Below, piece after piece: positions 38,936-49,025 of a stretch of 64,000 nt of DNA. This DNA is from Actinomycetes bacterium (lineage in GTDB: Bacteria; Actinomycetota; Acidimicrobiia; Acidimicrobiales; Bog-793): positions 128,659 to 192,658 of the forward strand of contig JAKABW010000001.1 in NCBI GenBank assembly GCA_021796535.1. Direction: 5' to 3'. Made by a program: the position numbers and the translations under genes. The notes below the pieces were generated by a model, which saw only the letters and a program-made list of their open reading frames with translations, was not told the origin of the DNA and searched no databases. Each line of letters starts with the position of its first letter. The first letter of the stretch is position 1.

Positions 38936-39083
38936 GGGCAGGAGCATTACCGGACTGTCGCCGAGTAGGGCAAAAGATTCGTATCGCAGTTTGACAAAAA
39001 TATTATTACCAAATCAAAATATTTAGTTCCTAGTGTGTTCTATAGATTGCCAATAGTTTATTTATTTGAGTTGAGGTTAAATA

Positions 39084-40454
39084 TTGATGAGTGATTTGGT
39101 TGTAGTGGCAAACCGTTCTCCCGTGAAATTGTCAAAAAATGCTCACGGAGAATTGGAAATCCAGCACAGTATAGGCGGAGTGGCTCCGAGTTTGATGACA
39201 GCTCTCGGCGACACAAAAGCCGATTGGGTGGCCACGGCCTTAACCGAAGAAGATGTATTTGCTGCGGAGTCCAACCTTCCGATTGACTTGGACGGGATCA
39301 ATGTCAGGTTTGTTGTTTTACCGGAAGACGTTTTGGACTTGTCATATACCAAAGTTGCCAATGAGTCACTTTGGTTTTTATGTCACGGATTGTTTAACGC
39401 AACATACGGTCCCGTATTCAACGAATCCTTTTTTACGGCTTGGGCGGCCTACAGGTTGCACAACGAAAAAATTGCCGAAGATATCTGTGAAAGCGCTTCT
39501 TATGGGGCAAAAGTCTTGGTAAACGACTACCATTTTTTTCTTGTCGGAAAGTATTTAAAAGAAAAACGTCCCGATTTAAAGACAACATATTTTTTACACA
39601 CCCCTTTTCCGACTTTTGACGAATTGACGGTTCTTCCCCGTGAAGTGGCAAAAGAACTTCTTGGTTCGATGCTTGACTACGGGTCATGCGGCTTTCATAC
39701 GCAACGTTGGCAAGACAGATACACAGAAGCCGTCGGGCGCATGTTCGGGTGTGATGCAAAATCATACGTCGCCCCTTTGGGGGTAGACGTTGCGGCATTA
39801 CGGGAGAAGACCGGGGATCCTGTTATAAAGGAGCAGGCCGAGGAGTTTTTACAACGCTTTGCCGAAAAAAAAATTATTTACAGGACAGACAGAATGGAAC
39901 CGTCCAAAAATTTATTGAGGGGGTTTTTGGCTTTTGAAGAGCTGCTTTCGGACAATCCTTCGCTGAACGGGAGAGCGGTTTTCTTTGCCAGGTCGTATTT
40001 GTCCCGCGAAAAAAGCTCTCACTATCAAATGTATAAAAAAGAAGTTCTGAGCGAAGTGGAGAGGATCAATAAGCGTTTTGGGGAGAAAGATCCGGTTATC
40101 GAGCTCATTTCGAGCGACAACTACAATTTGTCTTTGGCCGGGATGCTTACCTATGATGCGTTGTTGGTAAATCCCATCAGAGACGGGATGAATTTGGTCG
40201 CCAAGGAAGGCGTGATAATAAACCCAAAGAACTCTCCATTAATTTTGTCTCAGGAGGCCGGTTCTTACGAAGAAATGCAGCAGGCGGTTTTGAGCATCAA
40301 TCCGTACGATGTTTCTGAAACGGCCGATGCCATGAAGCGCGCTTTGGAAATGGGAGAAGAAGAAAAGGTCGCAAGAAGCACCCAATTGAGACGTATCCTG
40401 GAAAAAAATCAGCCGGTTTTTTGGTTGTCGCGCCTTATTGAGCAGGCGGTCTAA
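39084..40454 (+). CDS. otsA: Trehalose-6-phosphate synthase (GT20)
   Basis: LVVVANRSPV N-terminus, DYHFFLV, and a GT-B C-terminal region (YRTDRMEPSKNL, NPIRDGMNLVAKE). Confidence 0.8.
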   Translation: MMSDLVVVANRSPVKLSKNAHGELEIQHSIGGVAPSLMTALGDTKADWVATALTEEDVFAAESNLPIDLDGINVRFVVLPEDVLDLSYTKVANESLWFLCHGLFNATYGPVFNESFFTAWAAYRLHNEKIAEDICESASYGAKVLVNDYHFFLVGKYLKEKRPDLKTTYFLHTPFPTFDELTVLPREVAKELLGSMLDYGSCGFHTQRWQDRYTEAVGRMFGCDAKSYVAPLGVDVAALREKTGDPVIKEQAEEFLQRFAEKKIIYRTDRMEPSKNLLRGFLAFEELLSDNPSLNGRAVFFARSYLSREKSSHYQMYKKEVLSEVERINKRFGEKDPVIELISSDNYNLSLAGMLTYDALLVNPIRDGMNLVAKEGVIINPKNSPLILSQEAGSYEEMQQAVLSINPYDVSETADAMKRALEMGEEEKVARSTQLRRILEKNQPVFWLSRLIEQAV

Positions 40455-40457
40455 AGT

Positions 40458-41321
40458 CTATAGATCCGTAGCGCTTTGCGACAGTGCGCCGAGCAGCTCT
40501 GCCAACAGTTCGTGGACGGCTGCGGTGCCTTCGAGTATGAATTGACATTTATCGTATAATTCCGGCGGCATTTCTTCGGAAAATACCCCCACGGAGAGAC
40601 CGCCTTTTGTGCCCGTATTGACTTTGTCAAAAGCGGCTATGTCACCGTAGTCGTCTCCGATGTAGCAGACGGCATCGGCGTATCCGGCGATGTAATCGAT
40701 GACGTCTCCTTTGTCTGTATGACCGGCCACGGTCAGTTCAACTGCCTTCTTTCCTCTTACGAACAAGACGGGGAAGGTGTCAGCCACCAGCTGTGCCGCA
40801 GACAGCACCTCTTCTTCGAAGTCGGGATAATTGCGGTAGTGGAGTACGAGACCGCTGTCTTTTAGTTCCAGATCAATTTTGTCAACCAGCGGAGCAATCA
40901 ATTGTAAGATCAGCTCTTTCAGGGTCTGGTCCATGACGGATGTTTTGTGGAGTTTTTTAAACTCTTCTTCATCCGTCTGACTGCCGTAGAGGCCAAAAAT
41001 TTTAATGGGATTCCTCCCCGTCCCATCCGTGTAAGGGGCAAAGGCATTGTTTATGAATTCGAGTCCTCTGCCGGAAGCTATGGCCACAATTTCAATTTCT
41101 TTAGTCAAAGCAAGCAGCACTTTGGCAGCGTGCTCGGGTATTTTTGCTTCTGCCGGATTATTTATTATCGGCGCCAAAGTGCCGTCAAAATCGCATATCA
41201 GCGCTTTGGATGCGGAGTTTTTGTACCCGGCCAGAATGCCGGAAAGTGTTTCTTCGACCGAATTGAGTTTTGTCTGCCTCACACTGTCCCATTCTAGACA
41301 ATCGGTTCCGGTGATCGGCAC
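40458..41321 (-). CDS. otsB: Trehalose-phosphate phosphatase-like HAD hydrolase
   Basis: HAD motif I CDFDGTLAP, plus SGRG and GDDYGD motifs. Convergent with otsA, with a 3-nt gap. Confidence 0.65.
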   Translation of the reverse strand: MPITGTDCLEWDSVRQTKLNSVEETLSGILAGYKNSASKALICDFDGTLAPIINNPAEAKIPEHAAKVLLALTKEIEIVAIASGRGLEFINNAFAPYTDGTGRNPIKIFGLYGSQTDEEEFKKLHKTSVMDQTLKELILQLIAPLVDKIDLELKDSGLVLHYRNYPDFEEEVLSAAQLVADTFPVLFVRGKKAVELTVAGHTDKGDVIDYIAGYADAVCYIGDDYGDIAAFDKVNTGTKGGLSVGVFSEEMPPELYDKCQFILEGTAAVHELLAELLGALSQSATDL

Positions 41322-41396
41322 AGTGTTTCAGTTAAGCGCTATCCTGCTTTATATTAAACTAATAGGTGCGCTTCGCCGGAATGGGAAAGTTGGGAG

Positions 41397-42176
41397 ATGG
41401 CAGGAAATATTTCGTACCTCGTTGCTTTCGGCGGCGGTATTGCTTCCTTTGTCTCCCCCTGCGTTTTGCCGTTGGTGCCGGCTTATCTATCTTTAATCGG
41501 CGGCACCGCATTGGAAGCGAATACCGGTATCTCTGCAAATCCTGCCGAAAGCGCCAACGACAGATCATCCGTACGTGTTTTGGTAAATACACTGCTTTTT
41601 ATTTTTGGCTTCGGGGCGGTGTTTGTTTCCATAGGTCTCACCGCGACTTCCCTCGGCAATGCCTTGCTGAAAAACCGTCTTTTGCTGACGGAAATATCCG
41701 GAGGGATTGTCCTGGCCATGTCGCTTTTTTTGCTGTTGGTTTCCTTTAATGTGCGTTGGCCGCTTTTGTACAGGGAAGCAAGACTCCATATTTCACCGTC
41801 TAAGTTCAGATTTTTGGCGGCGTTGGCAACAGGTGTGGCATTCGGTTTTGGGTGGACGCCGTGTCTCGGTCCCGTCTTGGCTGCCGTGACAGCGGTTGCG
41901 ATCAGTCAGCGCGGTTTGGGACAAGGGGGTGCTCTGCTGACGGCGTACTCCCTTGGAATAGGAGTCCCGTTTGTCTTTCTGGGTCTTTTTTACGGGAGGC
42001 TGACGGGCACGGTGAAATTTTTGCGGAGACACGGAGTCATTATCATGCGCATCTCCGCGTTGATAATGGCATTTTTTGGTCTCCTGCTCTCACTCGACAA
42101 GGTCACCCTGATTACGTCATTTTTGGAAACGGTTATGAATCACATGGGACTCAGATCTCTGGTGTATTCGGGATAA
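41397..42176 (+). CDS. ccdA: CcdA/DsbD-family thiol-disulfide transporter (cytochrome c biogenesis CcdA)
   Basis: Six TM helices, with the conserved Cys motifs SPCVLPLVPAY and TPCLGPVL. No resB/resC/resA genes are adjacent. Confidence 0.8.
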   Translation: MAGNISYLVAFGGGIASFVSPCVLPLVPAYLSLIGGTALEANTGISANPAESANDRSSVRVLVNTLLFIFGFGAVFVSIGLTATSLGNALLKNRLLLTEISGGIVLAMSLFLLLVSFNVRWPLLYREARLHISPSKFRFLAALATGVAFGFGWTPCLGPVLAAVTAVAISQRGLGQGGALLTAYSLGIGVPFVFLGLFYGRLTGTVKFLRRHGVIIMRISALIMAFFGLLLSLDKVTLITSFLETVMNHMGLRSLVYSG

Positions 42177-42184
42177 CGGTCGGT

Positions 42185-44848
42185 CTATTTCGCCGCCAGC
42201 TGTTTTGCCACAAAACGCAAAATACCTTTGTGGAGGTAATATTCGGCTTCTGTCGGTGTGTCGATTCTGGCCAGTACCTTAAATTGCTTTTCATCAGCGC
42301 TAACCGTGAGTACTCTGCCTATCAGCTCGGATGAGTCAACATTTTCGAGTCCAGTGACGGAGTAAAGCTCTTTGCCGGTCAATCCGAGCGATTCGGCGTT
42401 GTCGGGAGCAATGAATTGGAGGGGCAAAACACCCATACCGATCAGGTTTGATCTGTGGATCCGTTCAAAACTTTCTGCTATCACAGCTTTCACTCCCAAA
42501 AGAGCCGATCCTTTGGCAGCCCAGTCACGGGAGGAACCGGTGCCGTACTCCTTGCCGGCGATGATGAGGAGAGGCACGGCCTCCTCTTTGTATTGCATTG
42601 CCGCGTCAAAAATTGTAGTTTGCGACCCGTCGGGCAGGTGAACGGTAACCCCTCCCTCTATCCCCGGGGTCAGTTTGTTTTTCAGTCTTATGTTGGCGAA
42701 TGTGCCCCTGATCATCACGAGGTCGTTGCCTCTTCTGGTTCCGTATGAATTGAAGTCTTGTACATCAACCCCGTTTTCTTTCAGCCAGGATCCGGCGGGG
42801 CTGCTGGATTTGATGGATCCGGCGGGAGAAATGTGGTCGGTGGTGACGCTGTCTCCCAGATAGGCCAATACTCTGGCATTTTTGATGTCGGCAAGAGGAG
42901 GTTCCGCCGCCGTCATGTTGTCAAAAAACGGAGGTTGGTGGATGTAGGTAGAGTTTTCGTTCCAGTCAAACCGGAGACCGAGTTCCACGTCCAGCTCGCG
43001 CCATTTTTCGCTGCCCAGGAAAACGTCGCTATAGCTTGTCGCAAAAAGCGACGGGTCCAATACGGAACGCAGCACCGAATTTACTTCTTCCACGCTCGGC
43101 CAGATATCTTGCAGATAAATTTCGGTTCCGTCGCCGGCGATTCCTATGGGTTCTGTTCCCAGGTTGATGTCCATCGTCCCCGCAAGGGCATAGGCGACCA
43201 CCAAAGGAGGCGAAGCAAGGTAATTGAGCTTGACGTCGGGATGGATTCTGCCTTCAAAGTTTCTGTTGCCGGATAAAACCGCCGCCACCGACAGGCCGTT
43301 ATCGTTGACGGCTTTGGAGATCTCTTCTGCCAGGGGGCCTGAGTTTCCTATGCAGGTAGTGCAACCAAACCCCACCACTTCGAATCCCAATTTCTCCAGA
43401 TACGGCATCAGTGCCGCTTCGGTCAGATATTGACTGACGACGCGCGATCCCGGAGCAAGAGAGGTTTTTACCCAGGGTTTTTGCGTGAGTCCCAGAGAGA
43501 CGGCTTTCTTGGCCAGCAAGCCGGCCGCAATCATGACCTCCGGATTGGATGTATTGGTGCAACTGGTTATGGCACAGATAACCACGCTTCCGTCATGCAA
43601 AGTAATTTTTTCGCCGCCGCTCAAGCGAATTTCCGCGCCCCTCGCCCGGTTCTGTGTTTTGCCGGCGGATTCCAAAATACGACCCAGGTTTTCTTTTGCC
43701 GAAAAGAGCTCTATCCTGTCTTGCGGTCTGGAGGGTCCGGCAAGGCTCGGCACGACCGATGACATATCAAGTTCTATGACGCTGCTGTAGGAAGCTTCCT
43801 GACCGGGGTTGTTCCAAAGGCCTTGTGCCTTGGCATAGGCCTCTACCAAATTGACCTGCCCGTCACTCCTGCCGGTGAGCCTGAGGAAGGCCAGTGTGGC
43901 TTCGTCAATCGGGAAGACGGTTATGGTCGAGCCGTATTCTGGCGACATGTTTCCGATCGTTGCCCTGTTTTCAACCGGGAGTTGCTGCAAACCGGGACCG
44001 AAACACTCAACCATTTTGCCCACGACTTTATGTTGTCTGAGGAGTTCTGTGATCGAAAGCACCAAATCCGTCGCCGTTGTCCCCTCTTTCAGGCGACCCG
44101 ATAACCGGAGACCGACGACTTCCGGTATGAGGAGAGGGATGGGTTGTCCGAGCATGGCGGCCTCGGCTTCTATGCCGCCCACACCCCAGCCGACTACTCC
44201 TAAGCCGTTGACCATGGTGGTATGCGAGTCGGTGCCGACCAGGGTATCGGGATAGGCATTGTCGTTCTCGTCGGTGAAAACAACCCTCGATAAGTATTCC
44301 AAGTTGACTTGATGGCAAATGCCGTTGCCGGGAGGAACTACCCGCAAATTGTTGAAAGCCTGCTGTCCCCATCTCAGGAATTTGTATCTTTCAACGTTTC
44401 TTTCAAATTCAATTTCCGTGTTTTTTTCGTAGGAGTCTCTGGTGCCGGCGTATTCGGCTATCACGGAGTGGTCTATGACAAGGTCAACCGGAATTAGAGG
44501 GTTTACTTTTTCCGGTGAACCGCCCAATGATTTTACGGCGTCACGCATGGCAGCCAGGTCGACGACGCAAGGAACCCCCGTCAAGTCCTGCAACAGTATT
44601 CTGGCCGGGCTGAAAGCTATTTCTTCGTTTTGCGACCCCTTGCTGCCCAGGCGGCAAAGAGCTTCTATGGCGGCTTTCGTCACGCTGCGGCCGTCTTCAT
44701 GCCGGAGCAGGTTTTCCAAGAGAATTTTTGTGGCAAAAGGGAGCGAGTCTATGTCAAAATTTTCTTTGAGTTTTGACAGGGAGTATATTGTGTAACTTTT
44801 GTTGCCGATTTCGAGCGAGCGTTTTGTTTGAAAGCTGTCCAGTGACAT
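42185..44848 (-). CDS. acnA: Aconitate hydratase A
   Basis: 887 aa. Fe-S cluster regions ITSCTNTSNP and GCTTCIGNSG, plus a swivel-domain C-terminus. Confidence 0.95.
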   Translation of the reverse strand: MSLDSFQTKRSLEIGNKSYTIYSLSKLKENFDIDSLPFATKILLENLLRHEDGRSVTKAAIEALCRLGSKGSQNEEIAFSPARILLQDLTGVPCVVDLAAMRDAVKSLGGSPEKVNPLIPVDLVIDHSVIAEYAGTRDSYEKNTEIEFERNVERYKFLRWGQQAFNNLRVVPPGNGICHQVNLEYLSRVVFTDENDNAYPDTLVGTDSHTTMVNGLGVVGWGVGGIEAEAAMLGQPIPLLIPEVVGLRLSGRLKEGTTATDLVLSITELLRQHKVVGKMVECFGPGLQQLPVENRATIGNMSPEYGSTITVFPIDEATLAFLRLTGRSDGQVNLVEAYAKAQGLWNNPGQEASYSSVIELDMSSVVPSLAGPSRPQDRIELFSAKENLGRILESAGKTQNRARGAEIRLSGGEKITLHDGSVVICAITSCTNTSNPEVMIAAGLLAKKAVSLGLTQKPWVKTSLAPGSRVVSQYLTEAALMPYLEKLGFEVVGFGCTTCIGNSGPLAEEISKAVNDNGLSVAAVLSGNRNFEGRIHPDVKLNYLASPPLVVAYALAGTMDINLGTEPIGIAGDGTEIYLQDIWPSVEEVNSVLRSVLDPSLFATSYSDVFLGSEKWRELDVELGLRFDWNENSTYIHQPPFFDNMTAAEPPLADIKNARVLAYLGDSVTTDHISPAGSIKSSSPAGSWLKENGVDVQDFNSYGTRRGNDLVMIRGTFANIRLKNKLTPGIEGGVTVHLPDGSQTTIFDAAMQYKEEAVPLLIIAGKEYGTGSSRDWAAKGSALLGVKAVIAESFERIHRSNLIGMGVLPLQFIAPDNAESLGLTGKELYSVTGLENVDSSELIGRVLTVSADEKQFKVLARIDTPTEAEYYLHKGILRFVAKQLAAK

Positions 44849-44975
44849 TTGATCATTTCACCTCAGTAGTATCTTGTGTTATACGCGAACTACAATACTC
44901 TACCTTATTCGCGGTATGCGATACGATGCCCGGGCCCATCTTTGCCGACTCTTGTCCAAAAAGCAGCGCCGGGCT

Positions 44976-45500
44976 TTATTCGTCGGCACCCATAACGGCA
45001 TTCGGGTAGACGCGGTCGCGTATTTTTGTCAGCAGTTTAACGAGCTTGTCTTCTTCTTGTGGGCGCATGACGCCACAAAGTAGATTGTCGATGTCCTGCT
45101 TGTGCTTGATCAAAGCAATTTCGGCGTGCTCTATGCCCAATTGCGTCAGGGTTGCATAAGCTCCGCGCCGGTCGTTGGCGCAGTCCTCGCGTTTTAGGTG
45201 TCCGGCTTGTGTCAACTTGTCGACGGCCCGGCTCAAGCCGCTCGGACTCAGGCCTGTCTGGGCGGCCAAGTCGGCCATTCTCAGTCTGTGGGAAGGTGTT
45301 CTCAGCAGCCGGAGCATTATTTCAAAAGACTGTCCGCCTACCCCTATCTCGCATTCGACGGTCTCGGAAAGGTTGTGCCGCAGTCCCGATGCCGTTTCGA
45401 ATATGAGACCTATGAGGGTAATGCGGTCCGTTTCCGAAATCTGCTGCAAGAGGACGTCATTGCCCGTATCTGTTATAAATTTTGTTGCGTTATCTGACAC
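44976..45500 (-). CDS. MarR-family transcriptional regulator
   Basis: Winged helix (LRMADLAAQTGLSPSGLSRAVDKLTQAGHLKRE). Divergent from yceI. Confidence 0.8.
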   Translation of the reverse strand: MSDNATKFITDTGNDVLLQQISETDRITLIGLIFETASGLRHNLSETVECEIGVGGQSFEIMLRLLRTPSHRLRMADLAAQTGLSPSGLSRAVDKLTQAGHLKREDCANDRRGAYATLTQLGIEHAEIALIKHKQDIDNLLCGVMRPQEEDKLVKLLTKIRDRVYPNAVMGADE

Positions 45501-45586
45501 AAGCTACATTTTACACTATAAAATAGTTGCGCGCGCAATATTTGTAAGGTATCATTATTTTGAAAATCAACAGGAGGTAATTAATT

Positions 45587-46159
45587 ATGTCAGAAAGCGA
45601 AAGCGCAGTGCGCGTCATAGACGGAGCCGAAGTTCCCGCTGTCGGAAAGTATGTAATCGACAAATCGCACTCGGTGGTGGGCTTTGTCGTAAAGCATATG
45701 ATGGTTTCCAAGGTAAGGGGAAGTTTCAAAGAATTTGAAGGTGAAATTAATGTAGCCGAAGACGTAGAAAACTCTTCGGTTGGAGTTGTCATCAAACTGG
45801 AAAGCGTGGACACCGGTGAAGGACAACGCGATGATCACCTCAGGTCTGGCGACTTTTTTGACATCGCCAAGAACCCCGATATGACTTATGCCGGAAACAA
45901 AGTTGTCAAAAAAGGCGACAAGTGGATCCTGGAAGGTCAACTCAGCCTGAACGGCATCACCAAAGACGTACCTTTGACCGTGGAATTCGGCGGAGCGGGA
46001 ACCGACCCGTATGGCAACAATCGAATAGGTCTTTCTGCCGTTACCGAAATCAACAGGGAAGACTTTGGTTTGACGACCAACGTCGTTTTGGAAGCAGGCG
46101 GCATTCTTATAGGAAAAGAAATCAAAATCGAAATCGATGTAGAAGCCATCAAGCAGTAA
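45587..46159 (+). CDS. yceI: YceI-family polyisoprenoid-binding protein
   Basis: IDKSHSVVGFVVKHMMVSKVRGSFKEF, RDDHLRSGDFFD and LSLNGITKDV. Confidence 0.85.
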   Translation: MSESESAVRVIDGAEVPAVGKYVIDKSHSVVGFVVKHMMVSKVRGSFKEFEGEINVAEDVENSSVGVVIKLESVDTGEGQRDDHLRSGDFFDIAKNPDMTYAGNKVVKKGDKWILEGQLSLNGITKDVPLTVEFGGAGTDPYGNNRIGLSAVTEINREDFGLTTNVVLEAGGILIGKEIKIEIDVEAIKQ

Positions 46160-46176
46160 ATTTTTCCGGCAAAAAC

Positions 46177-46224
46177 ATTTATGGGTGGTATGAGCGGTTG
46201 ACGCCGCTCATACCACCCATAAAT
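46177..46224. terminator. Perfect 21-bp stem hairpin after yceI
   Basis: ATTTATGGGTGGTATGAGCGG-ttgacg-CCGCTCATACCACCCATAAAT. There is no U-tract. Confidence 0.5.
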
Positions 46225-46305
46225 AATTGCGGTTGATGCGGACGGGACTCTCCTTTTTGCCGTGTCGGGTTGGAGGAAAAGCAAGTTTTGATGTCCTAAG
46301 CTAAA

Positions 46306-47106
46306 TTGGCGATATCTATGATAAAAAACATGGTTTCAATGACGGACGTATCGGTCGTGCGTTCGGGGCGGAAGATCCTGGGCCCTTTGACGGCGGATAT
46401 TTCATCCGGCGAGCATTATGCCTTGCTCGGTCCGAACGGGGCTGGTAAATCAACCCTTATGTCCCTGATGGCCGGTGACGCTCACCCCACATCCGGCATT
46501 GCCGATGTTCTCGGGCACAAATTCGGCAAAGACGATATCAGACAATTGCGGGAAGGTGTTTCTGTCATCAACCAGCATTTGGCGGAAACTTTGCCGGCGG
46601 GAAGCTCCGCTTTGGAGACAGTCTTGACCGGCAAGAAAAACGTGCTGGCCCACTGGTGGGATCAATTCGGCCCCAACGACGAAGAGAACGCTTTAAGCGC
46701 TTTGGAAATGGTGGGCTGTCGACACTTGGCAGCCAGAGCACTCGGATCCTGCTCCCAGGGAGAGCGGCAACGTATTTTGATAGCCAGGTCTTTGTTGGTC
46801 CGCCATGAACTTTTTTTGTTTGATGAGCCTTGTGTCGGACTTGATTTCCCGGCCAGGGAAAAGCTGCTTTTGACGGTGGATGATTTGGTGAGATCCGGCA
46901 CAGTAAAGGCCAGTGTCTATATCGCCCATTACTTGGAAGAGCTCCCCACCTCTTTGACGCACGCCATTTTATTAAAAGACGGACGCATATCGGTTGCCGG
47001 TCCCGTCGAAGACATACTTACTGATGAAAATCTGAGTGATCTGTATGAAGTGCCGATCCGTGTCGTGAGGAACAACGGGCGATGGGGCGCCTTCGTCAGC
47101 CGCTGA
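46306..47106 (+). CDS. ABC transporter ATP-binding protein (orphan, no permease adjacent)
   Basis: Walker A GPNGAGKST, signature-like CSQGERQR and Walker B LFLFDEP. Confidence 0.8.
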   Translation: MAISMIKNMVSMTDVSVVRSGRKILGPLTADISSGEHYALLGPNGAGKSTLMSLMAGDAHPTSGIADVLGHKFGKDDIRQLREGVSVINQHLAETLPAGSSALETVLTGKKNVLAHWWDQFGPNDEENALSALEMVGCRHLAARALGSCSQGERQRILIARSLLVRHELFLFDEPCVGLDFPAREKLLLTVDDLVRSGTVKASVYIAHYLEELPTSLTHAILLKDGRISVAGPVEDILTDENLSDLYEVPIRVVRNNGRWGAFVSR

Positions 47107-47144
47107 AAGCACCTTTGAGATACGCCAAGTCCTGAGCTTGAGAC

Positions 47145-47180
47145 GAAAGAGGCGCCGCGGTATTACGCGGCGCCTCTTTC
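47145..47180. terminator. Bidirectional GC-rich terminator between the ABC ATPase gene and sodA
   Basis: GAAAGAGGCGCCGCG-gtatta-CGCGGCGCCTCTTTC. Confidence 0.8.
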
Positions 47181-47193
47181 GGAATTGCCAGGT

Positions 47194-47799
47194 TTAGAGA
47201 GCGATTGATTTTGCTTGCGTATAGCGCTTGGCTACGTCCTGCCAGTTGACAAGGTTCCAAAATGCCGAAATATAGTCGACTTTTACGTTCTTGTACTGCA
47301 GGTAGAAAGCGTGCTCCCAGACGTCTATCACCAAAAGCGGCAGAGCGCCTTGGGCGTTGTTGCCCTGGTGGTCATAGATCTGTTCGATCACGAGACGCTG
47401 ACCCAGGGGTTCCCATGCCAAAGCGCCCCAGCCAGACCCCTGCACGGTGGCGGTGGCTTGGGTGAGCTGGCTTTTGAAGGTGTCAAAACTTCCGAAAGCT
47501 TCGTTGATGGCCTGAGCCAGGTCTCCCTCCGGGGCTCCTCCTCCGTCCGGTGACATATTTGTCCAGTAAATGGAGTGGAGTATATGACCCGATACGTTGA
47601 ATGCCAAAGTTTTTTCGAGTCCCACTATGCCGCCGTATTCATTTTGTGATCTTGCGGCTTCCAGTTTTTCTAAAGTCGTATTGGCGCCTTGTACGTAGGC
47701 GTTGTGGTGTTTGTCGTGGTGCAGCTCAATAATTTGGCCCGAGATATGAGGCTCGAGGGCGCTGTAGTCATAGGGCAGTTCCGGCAGTTGGTATGTCAT
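47194..47799 (-). CDS. sodA: Fe/Mn superoxide dismutase
   Basis: [22 protein letters not shown] and [13 protein letters not shown]. Confidence 0.95.
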   Translation of the reverse strand: MTYQLPELPYDYSALEPHISGQIIELHHDKHHNAYVQGANTTLEKLEAARSQNEYGGIVGLEKTLAFNVSGHILHSIYWTNMSPDGGGAPEGDLAQAINEAFGSFDTFKSQLTQATATVQGSGWGALAWEPLGQRLVIEQIYDHQGNNAQGALPLLVIDVWEHAFYLQYKNVKVDYISAFWNLVNWQDVAKRYTQAKSIAL

Positions 47800-48035
47800 A
47801 CTTCACTCCTTATCTAATAAAGTTATCAACAGTCATACTATCAGCAATGTCTCCGTTTGAACATTTCAGGATTTAGTTCTTGGGCGAGAAAAGAACCGGC
47901 CGTCTCTCCCGACGCGCCGCTTTGGAACGGCCGCAGAGCTTAAAAGAGCGATACCTTCTTGGGTCGCAGCAGCTATTTTTATAAAGGTCACGCAAGGCGT
48001 GTTCTGCTTTGCGGTCTGTTGCTAAGGTATAAATT

Positions 48036-49019
48036 ATGGAATTTCGCACAATAGGGAAAATTGATAAAGAAATAAGCGTTATAGGTTTCGGTGCCTGGGC
48101 CATAGGGGGCAGTTGGGGCGATGTCGACGACTCTGCTTCCTACGCCGCTCTTGTGGCCGCCTATGAAGCGGGAATAACGTTTTTTGATACCGCCGATGTC
48201 TATGGGGACGGCAGAAGCGAAAGGCTCGTGGCAAAGCTGAAGAAAGAAACGGCGGGAGATATTTTTATTGCCACAAAAGCCGGCAGAAGAGCCGAAAAGC
48301 AAAGTGTTGCGGCATACAGTCCCGAGAATTTGGAATCTTGGATTGACCGCAGCAGGGAGAATTTGGAAACCGATTGTTTGGATTTGGTACAGCTCCACTG
48401 TCCGCCCACCGATCTTTTTTATCATCCGGAAGTTTTTGCGGCTTTGGACGATTTGCGGACAGCGGGAAAAATAAGCAATTACGGAGTCAGCGTGGAACGG
48501 GTTGAAGAAGGTCTGAAAGCTTTGGACTTTCCGAATGTCGTGAGCGTACAGATTATTTACAACATCTTTCGCCAGCGGCCGGCAGACCGTTTTTTGGATG
48601 CTGCCCATGAAGCGGGCGTCGGAGTGATCGCGAGAGTTCCGCTTGCTTCGGGTCTTTTGACGGGAAAAATAACAAAAGATACAAAGTTCGCCGAAGACGA
48701 CCACAGAAACTTCAACAGACACGGAGAAGCTTTTGACGTGGGCGAAACTTTTGCCGGGGTTGATTTTGAAACAGGTTTGGCCGTTGTCGAAGAGCTGAGG
48801 GACCTCTTGGGTGAGGACGGATCTCTGGTGCATTTGGCACTCAGATTTTGTTACTCACACCCCGGGGTGACTACCGTTATACCCGGAGCAAAAACCCCGA
48901 AACAGGCCGCGGAAAATGCCTTGGCCGGAGAACTCGGTGTGTTGGACGACAACCTGTTGTTGCGGTTGCAAAATATTTACAGGGAAAAAATAGCTCCGCA
49001 GGTCCACTACAGGTGGTAG
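48036..49019 (+). CDS. Aldo/keto reductase
   Basis: IGFGAWAIGG, FFDTADVYGDGRSE, and the catalytic-tetrad context of the AKR fold. Confidence 0.85.
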   Translation: MEFRTIGKIDKEISVIGFGAWAIGGSWGDVDDSASYAALVAAYEAGITFFDTADVYGDGRSERLVAKLKKETAGDIFIATKAGRRAEKQSVAAYSPENLESWIDRSRENLETDCLDLVQLHCPPTDLFYHPEVFAALDDLRTAGKISNYGVSVERVEEGLKALDFPNVVSVQIIYNIFRQRPADRFLDAAHEAGVGVIARVPLASGLLTGKITKDTKFAEDDHRNFNRHGEAFDVGETFAGVDFETGLAVVEELRDLLGEDGSLVHLALRFCYSHPGVTTVIPGAKTPKQAAENALAGELGVLDDNLLLRLQNIYREKIAPQVHYRW

Positions 49020-49025
49020 GAAGCG

